From Octopus sinensis (taxonomy: Eukaryota), in NCBI RefSeq assembly GCF_006345805.1, contig NC_042998.1:105400001-105464000 (forward strand): a DNA stretch of 64,000 nt. Direction: 5' to 3'. This document shows positions 10,631 through 23,029 of this stretch, one piece after another (within the stretch, counting starts at the first letter, position 1; the number at the start of each line of letters is the position of its first letter). The position numbers and the translations under genes were made by a program. The notes under the pieces are model-generated. The model did no database searches and had not been told where the DNA came from. It saw only the letters and a program-made list of their open reading frames with translations.

Positions 10631-11244
10631 ATATATAACATGCTCTATATGATATACTATTTTGTAAATTTTGCTCCTGAGAAATTTTCTTCACTCTCCT
10701 TCACATTTTAAAACATAGATTCCATGTTGCTCTTGTAATTGTCCAGCATTATATCAAAATGCCTCAACAACTACTACAAAATTTATATTTTGTTGTCATT
10801 AGACAGATGTGCTTTCCATATTACAAAGGTCTTGTTCCTTGCTGACGATGTCAGTTCAATTCTTATGAAATTTGGCAAAAATATGACATCATGTGGAATG
10901 GTTTCATTAGAGTTTGGTCTACATATAACATAAACGAATACATCTATACGTTGCTCCTAGACATTTGGCCAGTATGTACTTTAAATCTATTTGACCAGAT
11001 CTGAATTTGGGTTACACAACAACTATAAATATGAACAATAGTCAGAAACACCAACTGAAATGTGTACATTATCATAAATAGGATCATCAAGAAGTGGGTA
11101 AATATCCTCTGCTCTAGGCCTGATAGAAGCCTGCTGTAAGTATGTATGCATGTGTGTACATTTGTATGTATGCATGTGTATATATATGTGCATGTGTGTG
11201 TGTGTGTGTGTGTGTGAATGATATAGAAATAATCAGACTGAATA

Positions 11245-11640
11245 CCCGATCGCGCAGTTAAACCATTGGGAGTGAAGGACTCCTAGCCTTTGTTAGGGCA
11301 TCCTTCTAGGAGAAGGTAACTCAGGTAACTAGGTTAACTCTGACATAAAACCTGCGGCTTAGTGGTTACCGATGATGTTGACTCATTCTTCTTTTCGGAT
11401 TATGGCTGCTGTTGCTTAGTGAGTGGGATTGACTCAGTGCACAGCCTTTCCTCACTTTAAAAACATCTTCTTGCACAGGCATTGCACGATAACAACATTG
11501 ATTAAGCTTCGTGCAATGGCCATACTCGATAACGAGGGGGCAGCCACCATGTATGTCATAGTGTGTGTGTTTGAGGAATGTATGTGTTTGCACCTCTTTA
11601 CCTTGGTACTGAGTGATAGTCGTAAATGGGTGTCACTGTC
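11245..11640 (+). mobile_element. Putative LINE 5' UTR-like segment
   Basis: gggcatccttctaggagaaggtaactc...ctgacataaaacc resembles RTE-type 5' ends as I recall them; GC-richer than its flanks; no ORF follows. Confidence 0.35.
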
Positions 11641-11669
11641 ATAAAAGTGGTGTTATCTGCTTGTGAAGG

Positions 11670-11671
11670 CA

Positions 11672-11704
<33 letters not shown>

Positions 11705-11775
11705 GTGGTGGTGGTGACGATGATGATGACGATGATGATGATGATGATGAGGAGGAGGAGGAGGAGGAAGGGGAA
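11670..11775. repeat. Compound trinucleotide tract (GGC)(GGT)(GAT/GAC)(GAG)
   Basis: Read directly from the sequence. Confidence 0.95.
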
Positions 11776-12179
11776 GAGGTGGCCTTTTGCAGCAATATAA
11801 TTTCCATCGATATTCATTATTTTTATAACCTGCATTAGATCACCTCAGGCTTTCTGATTCAAAACCTCGTGTTTCAAAGTGTTCATATTTAAATTAAAAA
11901 AGATCTTCCATCCTAATATTATTTGAGAATGCTTATTTCTTTTTTTTTTTTTTTGATATTCCAAACACTGGCCTTTAGCAATGGTAAAGTTAGTTATTTC
12001 CCTAAATCCTTACAAATAGGCGCTTATTTCCAAAATTAATGAACAGTGTATTTTATTAATAACATGCGCATGAAATGGTTAACTCAGTTTCCCATTTTCC
12101 TCTAAAAGAGAGAAAGAAAAATAATAATTGCAACATTCTTGATTTTGCCAATGACAATTGTGAATGAAATAAAAACAGG

Positions 12180-12598
12180 CTGTTGTTGTTGTTGTTTTTA
12201 CTGCAGCTGCTGCTGCTGCTGCTGTTGCTGTCGCTGTTGAGCGAAGTGGTCTTCGTCCCAGAGTGGGAGAAATCTGAAACGTGGTCCTTTGCTATACATA
12301 AGACCCACAGAAGAGAAAGCAGGTCAACCCCCGACACCGAGAGCATCGACGGATGGATGAATGTGTATCCAGGTTCAGCGATTGCATAGGAAGTTGGGGA
12401 TAAGAAGCAGGAAGAAAGAGTGAGAGAAAATTGGAGCGAAAGAGTACAACAGGGGTCGGCACCACCTCCTGCCAGAGCCTCGTGGAGCTTTAAGTGTTTT
12501 CACTCAATAAACACACACAACGCCCAGTCTGGGAATCGAAACCGCGATCCTCCAACTGCGAGTCTACTGCCCTAACCACTGGGCCATTGCACCTCCAC
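12180..12598 (-). mobile_element. tRNA-derived SINE (family R) with (CAG/CAA)n tail
   Basis: Head gtggaggtgcaatggcccagtggttagggcag..ggttcgattccc (A and B boxes); first ~190 bp match 34381. Confidence 0.85.
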
Positions 12599-13789
12599 TG
12601 CTGCTGCTGTTGTTGTTGTTTAACCTTGGGTCAGCCTTGATCAAAGGTTCAAGCCAAGACAATACCATGTTTTACCAATGTGCCAGTAAGCAAGGATCAC
12701 ATTATCCTAACTGCCCTTTACTGAGATGGTAAAGTTATGATCTAAGGGACATTTGGCTGCTAACTTTATCAAATCCAGTAGCAATATAGAGATAGTAACA
12801 TTGATTGGTTTAGAAAAAGTGAAATGAAATGAGCTGTCATCAATCAATTATTAAAAGTGCTATAACTCATGCAATGTTACTGTCCAAGCATACACTGAAT
12901 ACAGTGATATGATCCAGATGTAGTCCAATTATGAGGAGAAGGAAACTGCTGATGTCAACTGTTTTCAATTAATAAATAGTAATATTGCTCTCTTCATACT
13001 GCTCTTTCCAATCTCCCCTCTGTCCCTCTCCATCTCCTCTCTCTCCTTCTACATCCCCCTCTCTCCCTCTCCGCTCTCCACTCCCCACTCCCCCTCTCCC
13101 TCTCTGCTTTCAAGTCTCTCTCCCTCTCTCTCTATTTACCTGTCTATTTATCTGTCGGTCCGTCTGTCTGTCTGTCTGTCTGTCTGTCTGTATGAATGTA
13201 TGTATGTATGTATGTATGTATGTGTATATTTATGTACATGCATGTGTGTGTGTGTGTGTGTGTGTATGCATGCCTTCAGTGCCAAAAAGTACTGTCACCA
13301 AAACTGATGCCTCATTCACTCCGCCATGCCAAATTACCAGCATCCAAATGCATATGTCCAATTATCACATTCCATAGAAAAAAAAAATTACCAAATCTCC
13401 CTGAAATCAATGGCAAATATCTTTTGAAAATCGGGTAGCTCATTATAGGTGCAATGCACTTTTAAAACCAGGACTGTTCAATCAGAAGCAGATCTAGCCT
13501 CGATCTCAGCAACAGCAACAATGAAAACTACCAATACAGAAGGTCGCACAACAAATTTTAACTAACATCAACTATGCCACACCTTGTTCATCATGTACAT
13601 CTGTCTTATAATCATCAGTCTTGATGTACATGAATAAATAATCATCTTTATACCCTACTCTACTTCATGTCTCTGGTATCAACCCACTTTGCCACACTTT
13701 AGAGTTCTTATGCAGTAATATCATTAATCCTCTTAAGCTGTTTTTCAATTGCACATGTATATGCATAGACAATATATAAATATATATAT

Positions 13790-13836
<47 letters not shown>

Positions 13837-14224
13837 TATATTATGTACGTATGTATGTATGTATGCATGCATGTATGCACATATGTATGTACATTATATA
13901 CATGTACATCTCTATGCATCTCTATGTGTGTGTATGTGTGCATGTATGTATGTATGCATGTATGTATTTATGTATGTATGTAAGTATGTATGTATAGGCA
14001 AATTTGTGAAAAAGAGAGTCTATGTATGTGTTATACATGTGTTACATACATATTAGTCAGATTCCCTGAATACATTTGTGTGTATATATATATATATATA
14101 TGTGGGGTGGGAGTTTGTACATGTATAGTGAGAGAAAGGGAGAGGGAAGTGGAGAGATGGGTAGGTTGATAGCCAGATAGGTATATATCCATACAGACAT
14201 ACATATGTATATACACTATATACA

Positions 14225-14306
14225 CACATATATATATACAAACTATATACACATATATGAAATGTATTCATTATATGTGTATATACATATATAATGTGTG
14301 TATATA

Positions 14307-14346
<40 letters not shown>

Positions 14347-14613
14347 GTGTGTGTATTCATGTATATGAAATTGCATGTATATACCTAACCTACATAACTG
14401 ACATAGATCCACCAAACTTGGAATATATTCAAGCTCAGAATAAAAGATCAGATTAGTTTGCTAATTCTGCCTCTGTGTGTATGTGTGTGTGTGTGTGGGG
14501 GGGGTTTATGAATGTATGTATGTATGTATGTATGTATGCATGTATGTATGTAGGTATTATGTAAGTATGTATATATAATAAGTATATATGCATTAATATG
14601 TGTGTGTGAGTAT

Positions 14614-14644
<31 letters not shown>

Positions 14645-14659
14645 TGTGTATATAAATAT

Positions 14660-14692
<33 letters not shown>

Positions 14693-15095
14693 CACATATA
14701 CATATATATATATATATATATACAAACTATATACACATATATGAAATGTATTCATTATATGTGTATATACATATATAATGTGTGTATATATGCATATATA
14801 TATATAATATATATATATATATATAATGTGTGTGTATTCATGTATATGAAATTGCATGTATATACCTAACCTACATAACTGACATAGATCCACCAAACTT
14901 GGAATATTATTCAAGCTCAGAATAAAAGATCAGATTAGTTTGCTAATTCTGCCTCTGTGTGTATGTGTGTGTGTGTGTGGGGGGGGTTTATGAATGTATG
15001 TATGTATGTATGTATGTATGCATGTATGTATGTAGGTATTATGTAAGTATGTATATATAATAAGTATATATGCATTAATATGTGTGTGTGAGTAT

Positions 15096-15126
<31 letters not shown>

Positions 15127-15141
15127 TGTGTATATAAATAT

Positions 15142-15174
<33 letters not shown>

Positions 15175-15200
15175 CACATATACATATATATATATATATA
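14225..15200. repeat. Tandem duplication with 482-bp period inside a microsatellite block
   Basis: cagattagtttgctaattctgcc at 14449 and 14931; units differ essentially only in microsatellite length. Confidence 0.9.
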
Positions 15201-15535
15201 TATACACATACATACACACACACATATATGTATGTATGTATGTACGTGTGTATGTATGCATGTATATATGTATGTCTGTATATTATTCTTTGAATTGCTA
15301 CTTATATTTCTAGGTAACAAGGTCTTCATATTAAAAATGTATTTATCTCACAGAGCAACATTTTGTTTCCACCTAATAAAAGCTGATCAGTTCTATTTTC
15401 CATTAATTTCCTTACAAAGCTGATGAAGTTTTATATGCATGCATTTTTATTTTTCCCCTTTTTTTCATCCCCTTAATAGAATGTTTCTAAATTTCATCTT
15501 GACTTTTTAATATTGAGTTGCTGCAATGAATCTCT

Positions 15536-15571
15536 TTATCTCTCTCTCTCTCTCTCTCTCTCTCCTCTCTA

Positions 15572-15619
<48 letters not shown>

Positions 15620-15812
15620 CATACATACATACATACATACATACATACATACATACATACATACATACATAGGGAGATAGATAGATAGATAGATAAACAG
15701 ACAGAGAGTGAGAGAGGGAGGGAGACAGACAGGTAGATAGCCATAGACAGATAGCCAGAGAGGCCGATAGATAGATGATAGATAGGTAGGTAGATAAGAC
15801 AGATAGATTGAT

Positions 15813-15894
<82 letters not shown>

Positions 15895-15895
15895 T
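15536..15895. repeat. Compound microsatellite (TC)n(TA)n(TACA)n(GATA)n
   Basis: Read directly from the sequence. Confidence 0.95.
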
Positions 15896-16104
15896 GCATG
15901 TCACTGTTCAGTCTTATTTTAAGTTTTCTTGCCAACAGAGAAAGATCTGGTTTCTAACCTAGATCCAAGGCTCCTTCACTGGAATTTCAACATCAAGGTA
16001 TTTTTGCATGCATGTGTGTATATATGCAGTATTTGGAGTCAGTCCATGTATAGATTTGTATGAAATGTTTATCTATGTGTTCTCATGCATATAGTTGCAT
16101 GCCT

Positions 16105-16850
16105 AGATATCATCATCATCATCATCATCATTTAGCATCTGCTTTCCATGCTGCAATGGGTTAGATAATTTGACTGAAACTGGTGAGCTGGAGAGCTGCA
16201 CCAGGTTCCAGTCTGATTTGGCACAGTTTCTACAGCCTGATGCCCTTCCTAATGCCAACCACTCCAAAAGTGTAATGAGTACTTTTTACGTGTCACCTGC
16301 ACGGGTGCCAGTTACGTGACACCAGCATCGGCCACAATTGTCTTGACATGTCTTCTCAAGCATGGCATATCGTCAAAGGCCTTGGTCAGTTATCACCTCT
16401 GTGAGGCCGAATATTCAAAGGGTGCTTTTTATGTACTACTGCCACAGGTTACATGACACCAGCACTGGCCATGACTACAATTTCACTTGGCTTGGTGTGT
16501 CTTCTCAAGCACAGTATATCACCAAAGGTCTCGATCACTTGTCATTGTCTCTGTGAGGCCCAACATTCAAAGATCATGCTTAACCCCCTTATCCCATGTC
16601 TTCCTGGGTCTACCTTTTCCATAGGTTCCCTCCACAGTTAGAGATAGGCACATTGTTACACAGCTGTCTTTGTCCAAATGCATCACATGACCATACCAAC
16701 ATAGTCATCCCCCTTGCACACCACATCAGATGCCTCTTACACCCAGCTTTTCTTTCAAGATGCTTACACTCTGGCATACAAGCACACTAACATTGCACAT
16801 CCAGTGAAGTATACTAGCTACATTTCTTTCAAGTCTACACATGTCCTGTT
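16105..16850 (-). mobile_element. RTE LINE 3' fragment (diverged)
   Basis: (GAT)n tail, 3' UTR subrepeats, RT C-terminus (RWMCNVSVL..QSVSILKEKLGVRGI). Confidence 0.85.
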
Positions 16851-16890
16851 TGCACACAGTTTTCTCTGGTATATCAAGTTTTGTGAACCC

Positions 16891-17973
16891 ATGGACTGAT
16901 AAAAAATTCATGTTGCTTATGTATGTAAGTTCCGTCATGGAACCAATGCATCCCAGACAGCTCAAAACATTAATGAGGCGTTTGGTGAAGATGTGGTGAA
17001 TGAGCATACTTTATGTTGATGGTTTGAGAAGTTCTTGTTTGGTCACTTTACACTTGAAAATCAGCCTCGTGGTAAACCTGAGACCAAGGTACATAATGTA
17101 GTGGAAGTGGATTCAACTCAAACTATGTGTGAATTAGCAGTAAGATTTGATGTTTCAATTCCAAATGTATTGGACTATCTGAAACAAATCAGCAAGACAA
17201 AGAAATTAGACAAGTGCTTACCACATGAACTGAGCGAGCATCAAATGACACATTGTCTTGGAACTTGCTGTTCTTTGCTGTTACAGCATAAAAGCAAACC
17301 ATTTTTTGCATTTTATTGTTACGCATGATAAAAAATGGATTCTTTTCAACAATAGCAAGCATTCTGCATGGTGGTTGGATAGAAACGAAATGTGAAAACA
17401 GAATCCTAAGAAGAATATTCACCAAAAAGAACTAATGAAGTCTGTTTGGTAGTCCAGTGCTGGTGTCATCCACTACAGCTTCATGAAACCTGGTAAGTCA
17501 ATCACAGTGGATGTATACATCAACCAGTTGGATAAAATGATGAGTGAACTTGCAATAAAACAAATGAGATTGTTCAATTGAGACAGGCCAATTCTCTTGC
17601 AAGACAATTCTCGACAACATGTTGCATAAAGAACACTACTCAAGTTACAGGAACTGAACTTGGAAGTACTCTGTCATCCATCATATTCACCAGACCTTGC
17701 ACCAACTGACTATCATGTTTACAAGACATTAGACAACTTTTTGCAAGAAAAAAAATTCAAACCTGAAGAAGATGTAAAAACAGCCTTTTGTGATTTCATC
17801 ACCTCTTACTCTCCAGAATTCTTTGTTGCTGGCATAAATAAGCTACCAATAAAATAGCAAAATCATGTTGATAATTTAGGTGCATACTTTGATTAACTAC
17901 ATTGCTTTTGTTGAGATAGAATAAAATGAACTTGTCGTTCAAAATCAGACAGTTCATTCTTAATTATCTGATA
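16891..17973 (+). mobile_element. Mariner (DD34D-type) transposon, degraded, left end lost
   Basis: WFEKF, PRGKP, PHELSE, LLQDNSRQH, LCHPSYSPDLAPTDYH; putative right TIR ..cttaattatctgata followed by TA. Confidence 0.9.
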
Positions 17974-18060
17974 TATATAAACACACACACATATATACAT
18001 ATGTACGTATGTGTATGTGTATATATATATACACATACACATGCATACACACACATATAC

Positions 18061-18094
<34 letters not shown>

Positions 18095-18096
<2 letters not shown>

Positions 18097-19305
18097 TGTC
18101 TTTTCATGTGCCACCAGCACAAGTGTTAGTAAGGTGATGCTGGTAACGATCACACTCGAATGGTACTTTTTACGTGTCACTGGCATGGAAGCCAGCCAGT
18201 TGCTCTGGCAACAATCACTCTCGAATGGTGCTCTTAGCACTCCTCTAGCATGGATGCCAGTCATCGAATTTGATTTTGATTTCATTTGCCTCGACAGGTC
18301 TTCACAAGCTGAGTTTAGTGTCCAATGAAGGAAAGGTACGCATAAGTGGGTTGGTTACCCATTGGCATAGGCCACGGGTTATGCTCACACTTGGCTTGCT
18401 GGGTCTTCTCAGTACAGTATATTTCCAAAGGTCTCAGCCACTAATCATTGCCTCAGTGAGGTCTAATGTACAAAGGTCGTGCTTCACCACCTCATCCCAG
18501 CTTTTCCTGGGTCTACCTCTTCCACAGGTTCCCTAAAACACTAGGGTGTGACACTTTTTCACACAGCTATCCTCATCCATTCTCACCACATGACCATACC
18601 AGTGCAGTTGTATCTCTTGCATATCTGATGCTTCTTAGGTCCAACTTTTCTCTCATGGTACTTACACTCTGTCGAGTATGCACACTGACATTACACATCC
18701 ATCGGAGCATACTGGCTTCATTCCTTGCGAGCTTATGCATGTCCTCAGCAGTCACGGCCCATGCTTCACTGCCATGTAGCATGGCTGTTTGTACACACCC
18801 GTCATACTGTCTACCTTTTACTCTGAGCGAGAGGTCCTTTGTCACCAGCAGAGGTAAGAGCTCTCTGAACTTTGCCCAAGCTATTCTTATTCTAGCCGCT
18901 ACACTTTCAGTGCACCAACCCCCACTACTGACTTAGTCACCTAGGTAATGGAAGCTATCAACTACTTAGTTTTTCTTCCTGGAATGTGACAGAAGCTGTT
19001 CTCTGCACATTTTCAGTGTTTATTGCTCCTGAGCATCTGCCACATACAAAGGCTATCTTCCCAGTTAGCCTTTGATATTGCTGCACCTCTTATGTATCTA
19101 TTGCTTAAACAGGGTACATCTTATAGAGTTTCTACCTACACCTTTTCTACAGATCGAGCAGGGTCATCCACCTGAAGGGATTTGTGGTTTGTCTTCCTTC
19201 CTACTTATTAGGACTTTGGTTTCAGCTAAGTTGATTCTAAGACCCTTCGATTCTAATCATTGTTTCCAGACCTGGAACTTCTTCTCTAGTTCTGATAGTG
19301 ACTCA
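18095..19305 (-). mobile_element. RTE LINE fragment, 5'-truncated, tail missing
   Basis: ESLSELEKKFQVWKQ...TAMLHGSEAWAVTAED..RWMCNVSVHTRQSV; 3' UTR subtype shared with 46790-47670. Confidence 0.9.
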
Positions 19306-19517
19306 TATATATATATATATATATTAGTAAAAATTAAAGTTTGACCCCGAAATGATTACCAGTGCTTTTAGTTAGGTATTCAGAATATCAGAGGAATGTT
19401 CTGTTGGATAATTCTGAATATATTCAGAAACAATTGTTGGTCTTTGAAAGGCAATATATAATTATAGAATTAAAGGTAAAGCTGTTACTACTTTAGAGTA
19501 ATCCTTATATATAATAT

Positions 19518-19553
<36 letters not shown>

Positions 19554-19876
19554 TAAAAATATATATATATATACATACATACATACTTTCATATACATCT
19601 GTGTATGTCTGTGCATTTGTGTGTTGTACTTGCGTGTGTGTGTAAATAGGTCTTTATTAAGAATGCATCTCAAAGTGAATTCTGTTTTAAATAGTATCTT
19701 ATAAAACAATGCCTGCAGGACATGGTCCACGTAGCTTCTGTAACTGAAGGAGTTTTAAACCCAATGTATTACGAGTTATTATCAACACCTGAATTCACTT
19801 CTAGATTCACCATTTATAAAGACTTATCTACTTATTGTTTAATACTTCTACACTTGCAATCAAAGTATAATATAGA

Positions 19877-20030
19877 GGTGTGGTTGTGTGGTTAAGAAGT
19901 TTACTTCCCAACCACCAGGTCTCAGGATCAGTCCCACAGCATGTCACCTTGAGTTACTGTGTTTTACTATATCCCTGAGCCAACCAAAGCCTTGTAAGAG
20001 GATTTGAAAGATTGTAGGTGAAAGAAACTT
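19877..20030 (+). mobile_element. SINE family C, 5' part
   Basis: ggtgtggttgtgtggttaagaagtttacttcccaacc..ggatcagtccc..ccaaagccttgt. Confidence 0.7.
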
Positions 20031-21464
20031 GTAGTGCACACACACTTACACATACACATATACATATATCTTTTATATTATAGAAGCTGTATATGCATAT
20101 ATGAATATAGATTTTCTTTTAAAGATTATTCATTGAACACACAACTATATCACAGTTTTAGATTTTAACATTGATTTTTCTTATTTCTTTATTATAATAA
20201 ATTCATGATATCTATGAATACGGATTTAGTTACTTAAAATAAATCTAGTTACTGTAAGTAAAATAAAATTCCAATAGTTCAAGTTCAGTCGCTTTATCAA
20301 AGAACAGAAGAGAGAGCATCACACACTTCAAATGAAATTTAGGAAGAGATGAGCAAGTTCCACATGCTGCAAATGAAATATAATGAAGCTACATTTCACT
20401 TATGGTACACAGAATTCTCCCTTCTCTACCTTGATGAAGGGCCTGAGGTCAAAACATTGGACCTTTTCTTTCCCTTCTGGCAACTGCATTTACTTTAACT
20501 GTCACACTTCCTCTTTAAATATTTTACTGTTCAGCTTTCTTTCAGTAATTAATAAATGATTTTCTGATCTTATTTTCTTGCTAACTATAATATTTGTGCA
20601 TTGATGTTTGACTCATATATCACCATATTTTCCATTACAAAACTTCTAACTTTGAGAGTAATTTAATATAAGATGGTTCTATTCTCAGTTATTGTTTCTC
20701 ATTCTAGTTTTGTTTTATGCTGTATTGCAACAGCTCTATGTTGTAGATGCAAGGTCAGCAGGCATAAAACTGTTTTACTTCAAAGTCCAATGTAACTATT
20801 TACTTCATGAAATTCACAACTACCATGTTTGTTTATGAATCTATAAATTACATTAGTCATCTGAAGTTTATTCAGAAATTAGCATGCTTGTAGTTTGTAG
20901 TTGATGATGAGAAGATTTTTTAGTGGTTTTGTCATGTATTATAAATGCTAGTTATGATTAAGTCTAATGTATGTTGTGTTCCATTTGGTGAGTTGTTTAT
21001 GTGTTCATTTATTCTATAGTAATGGTGCATTTTAGACCATTATGTTTGCTTTTGCTGACAGAAGTTATCTGTTGCATTTATTGTGTTGAATTTATTTTTG
21101 CATTATTGTATAGTTTGATGTACTAAATCATTTATATTTCTCTTACTGACTAGCATTCGTTTAATTTTATCAATTTCTTTCACTAGTGCTTCTCAAGGTT
21201 GGATTTCTATTATAATGGTCATAGGAAGTTAATTGCAGGCTTAATGTAGGGAAATAGGTAGTTTATGAGATCAAATTTCAGCAGATCATTTATAGGGTAA
21301 CAATCACAAAGCAATACATGACTTTGTAACTTCCTCAAGAACCAACTCAGTAACTACAATGAGTGACATGGGATCTATCTGGAATAATTTGAATTGAGCA
21401 AAGTTTCTTCAATAATACTAGGGGGTTGTTTTATACATACAAACACATATATTCTTTTATTCTT

Positions 21465-21640
21465 TTATTCTTTTACTTGTTTCAGTCATTTGACTGTGGC
21501 CATGCTGGAGTACCACCTTTAGTCAATCAAATCGACTCCAGGACTTATTCTTTGTAAGCCTAATACTTACTTCTTTTGCCGAACCACTAAGTTAAGGGAC
21601 GTAAACACACCAACATCGGTTATCAAGCGATGTTGGGGGA
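21465..21640 (-). mobile_element. SINE family C, 3' part
   Basis: Matches the 3' half of 8770-8950. Confidence 0.8.
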
Positions 21641-21664
21641 GGGGGGGCCAAATACAAACACACA

Positions 21665-21714
<50 letters not shown>

Positions 21715-21719
<5 letters not shown>

Positions 21720-22250
21720 TAAAAATGGTAAGATAACAAAAGAAAGAAAGAGACCTCAATATTATGTAAATAGAGGAAATAAATCTATAAAATAATATGT
21801 TGCAATTACTCAATAGTCAAGATAAAACTCTGAGTTTCAGATGCCGAAGTGGAAATCCACAACACCATCTCTTCGGTTATCTGGCCATCTGAAAAAACGC
21901 TATGAAAAAATACCATTATATAAAGGGAAATTACTGTGTTATAATTCTGCTACTTATATAAAATTAAAAGTCAACACGTAAACATGGCTAGTCATACACT
22001 CACATGTGCGCTTGCGGACCCACCTGCATACTTATACGTCACTATGAAAACGTATACATCTTCATTCGCCTTTTTTGCCAAATATATACACATATATACA
22101 TACAAACTCATACACACACACGCGCGTACCGTAAAAGTTCATACATATGTCTATATACGCACAAGCACAAGAAAAACCATGGTTAAAGGTAACACCAAAA
22201 AACATAAGGAAGTATACAAAGCATAAAAACCACGTTCATATACGGACATG
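21715..22250 (-). mobile_element. PLE pseudo-LTR-like fragment (second family)
   Basis: Contains a hammerhead-like motif at 21821-21881 that shares the gaaactcagagt stem III with the 697-4585 element; flanked by (TA)n. Confidence 0.55.
21821..21881 (-). ncRNA. Type I hammerhead-like motif with long stem II (core U4>C)
   Basis: GAUAA-CCGAAGA-GAUGGUGUUGUGGAUUUCCACUUCGGCAUCU-GAAA-CUCAGAG-U-U-UUAUC; stem I GAUAA/UUAUC. Confidence 0.6.
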
Positions 22251-22289
22251 CCCTTATGCACTCATACACACACACGCCCATATATGTAC

Positions 22290-22414
<125 letters not shown>

Positions 22415-22429
22415 ATGTATATATATACA

Positions 22430-22608
22430 TGATGGGTTTCTTTCAGTTTCCATTTACCAAATCCACTCACAAAGCTTTGGTTGGCCCAGGGTTAGGATAA
22501 GGGCTAGTAGTTATAGTAGAAGACACTTGCCCAAGGTGCCATGCAGTGGGACTAAACCCGGAACCATGTGGTTGGGAAGAAAGCTTCTTACTACACAGCC
22601 ACTCTTGT
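22430..22608 (-). mobile_element. SINE family C, 5' half
   Basis: gagtggctgtgtagtaag..gggtttagtcccactgcatggcaccttgggcaagtgtcttc. Confidence 0.85.
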
Positions 22609-22699
22609 ATAGATATAATCATCATCATCGTCATCATCATCATTATCATGATCACTATCGTCATTCCCACCACCACCACCACCACCACCACCATCATCA

Positions 22700-22880
22700 T
22701 CATTTAACAACCCTTTTCCAAGACAATTTAACAGAATTCAATGCAGAGGATTACATCAGATTCCAATACTTGCTTTGATGTGGTCTCCATGGCTGGATGC
22801 CCTTCTTAATGCCAACCACTTTACAGAATGTGCTGAGGGCAAATTTTGTGGTACCAGCACTAGTGAGGTCATCAAATGGG
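22700..22880 (-). mobile_element. Diverged RTE-type 3' tail
   Basis: gtggttggcattaagaagggcatccagcc followed by a (GAT/GGT)n tail. Confidence 0.65.
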
Positions 22881-23029
22881 GCTGGAGTGATATTAAAGCA
22901 AATGACTTTGTATCAGGTGTTGTAAATTTAAAATATGAGAGAATAGAAACAGGTGAGGAGATTCATGGTTACCCAAACTGGAAAGAGGTTAAAGATGGTG
23001 ATGATGAAGTGTCAGGGATATGAATATAA

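Noticed and set aside
10700-11100. Coding-like unique sequence
   Set aside because: Only short frames with stops on both strands and no motif I can assign
11598-11838. Poly-S/P/G/D/E ORFs suggesting a low-complexity protein
   Set aside because: Direct translation of a compound trinucleotide tract with no splice or domain support
12520-12598. tRNA-like A/B box sequences (also at 9.1, 10.6, 34.4, 46.1 and 63.5 kb)
   Set aside because: They continue into SINE bodies and lack a complete cloverleaf, so they are SINE heads rather than tRNA genes
13665-15935. Many YI/CV/TH-rich ORFs (also at 5.2, 8.5, 22.2, 29.3, 32.0, 61.0 and 63.5 kb)
   Set aside because: Translations of (TA)n, (TG)n, (TACA)n and (GATA)n microsatellites
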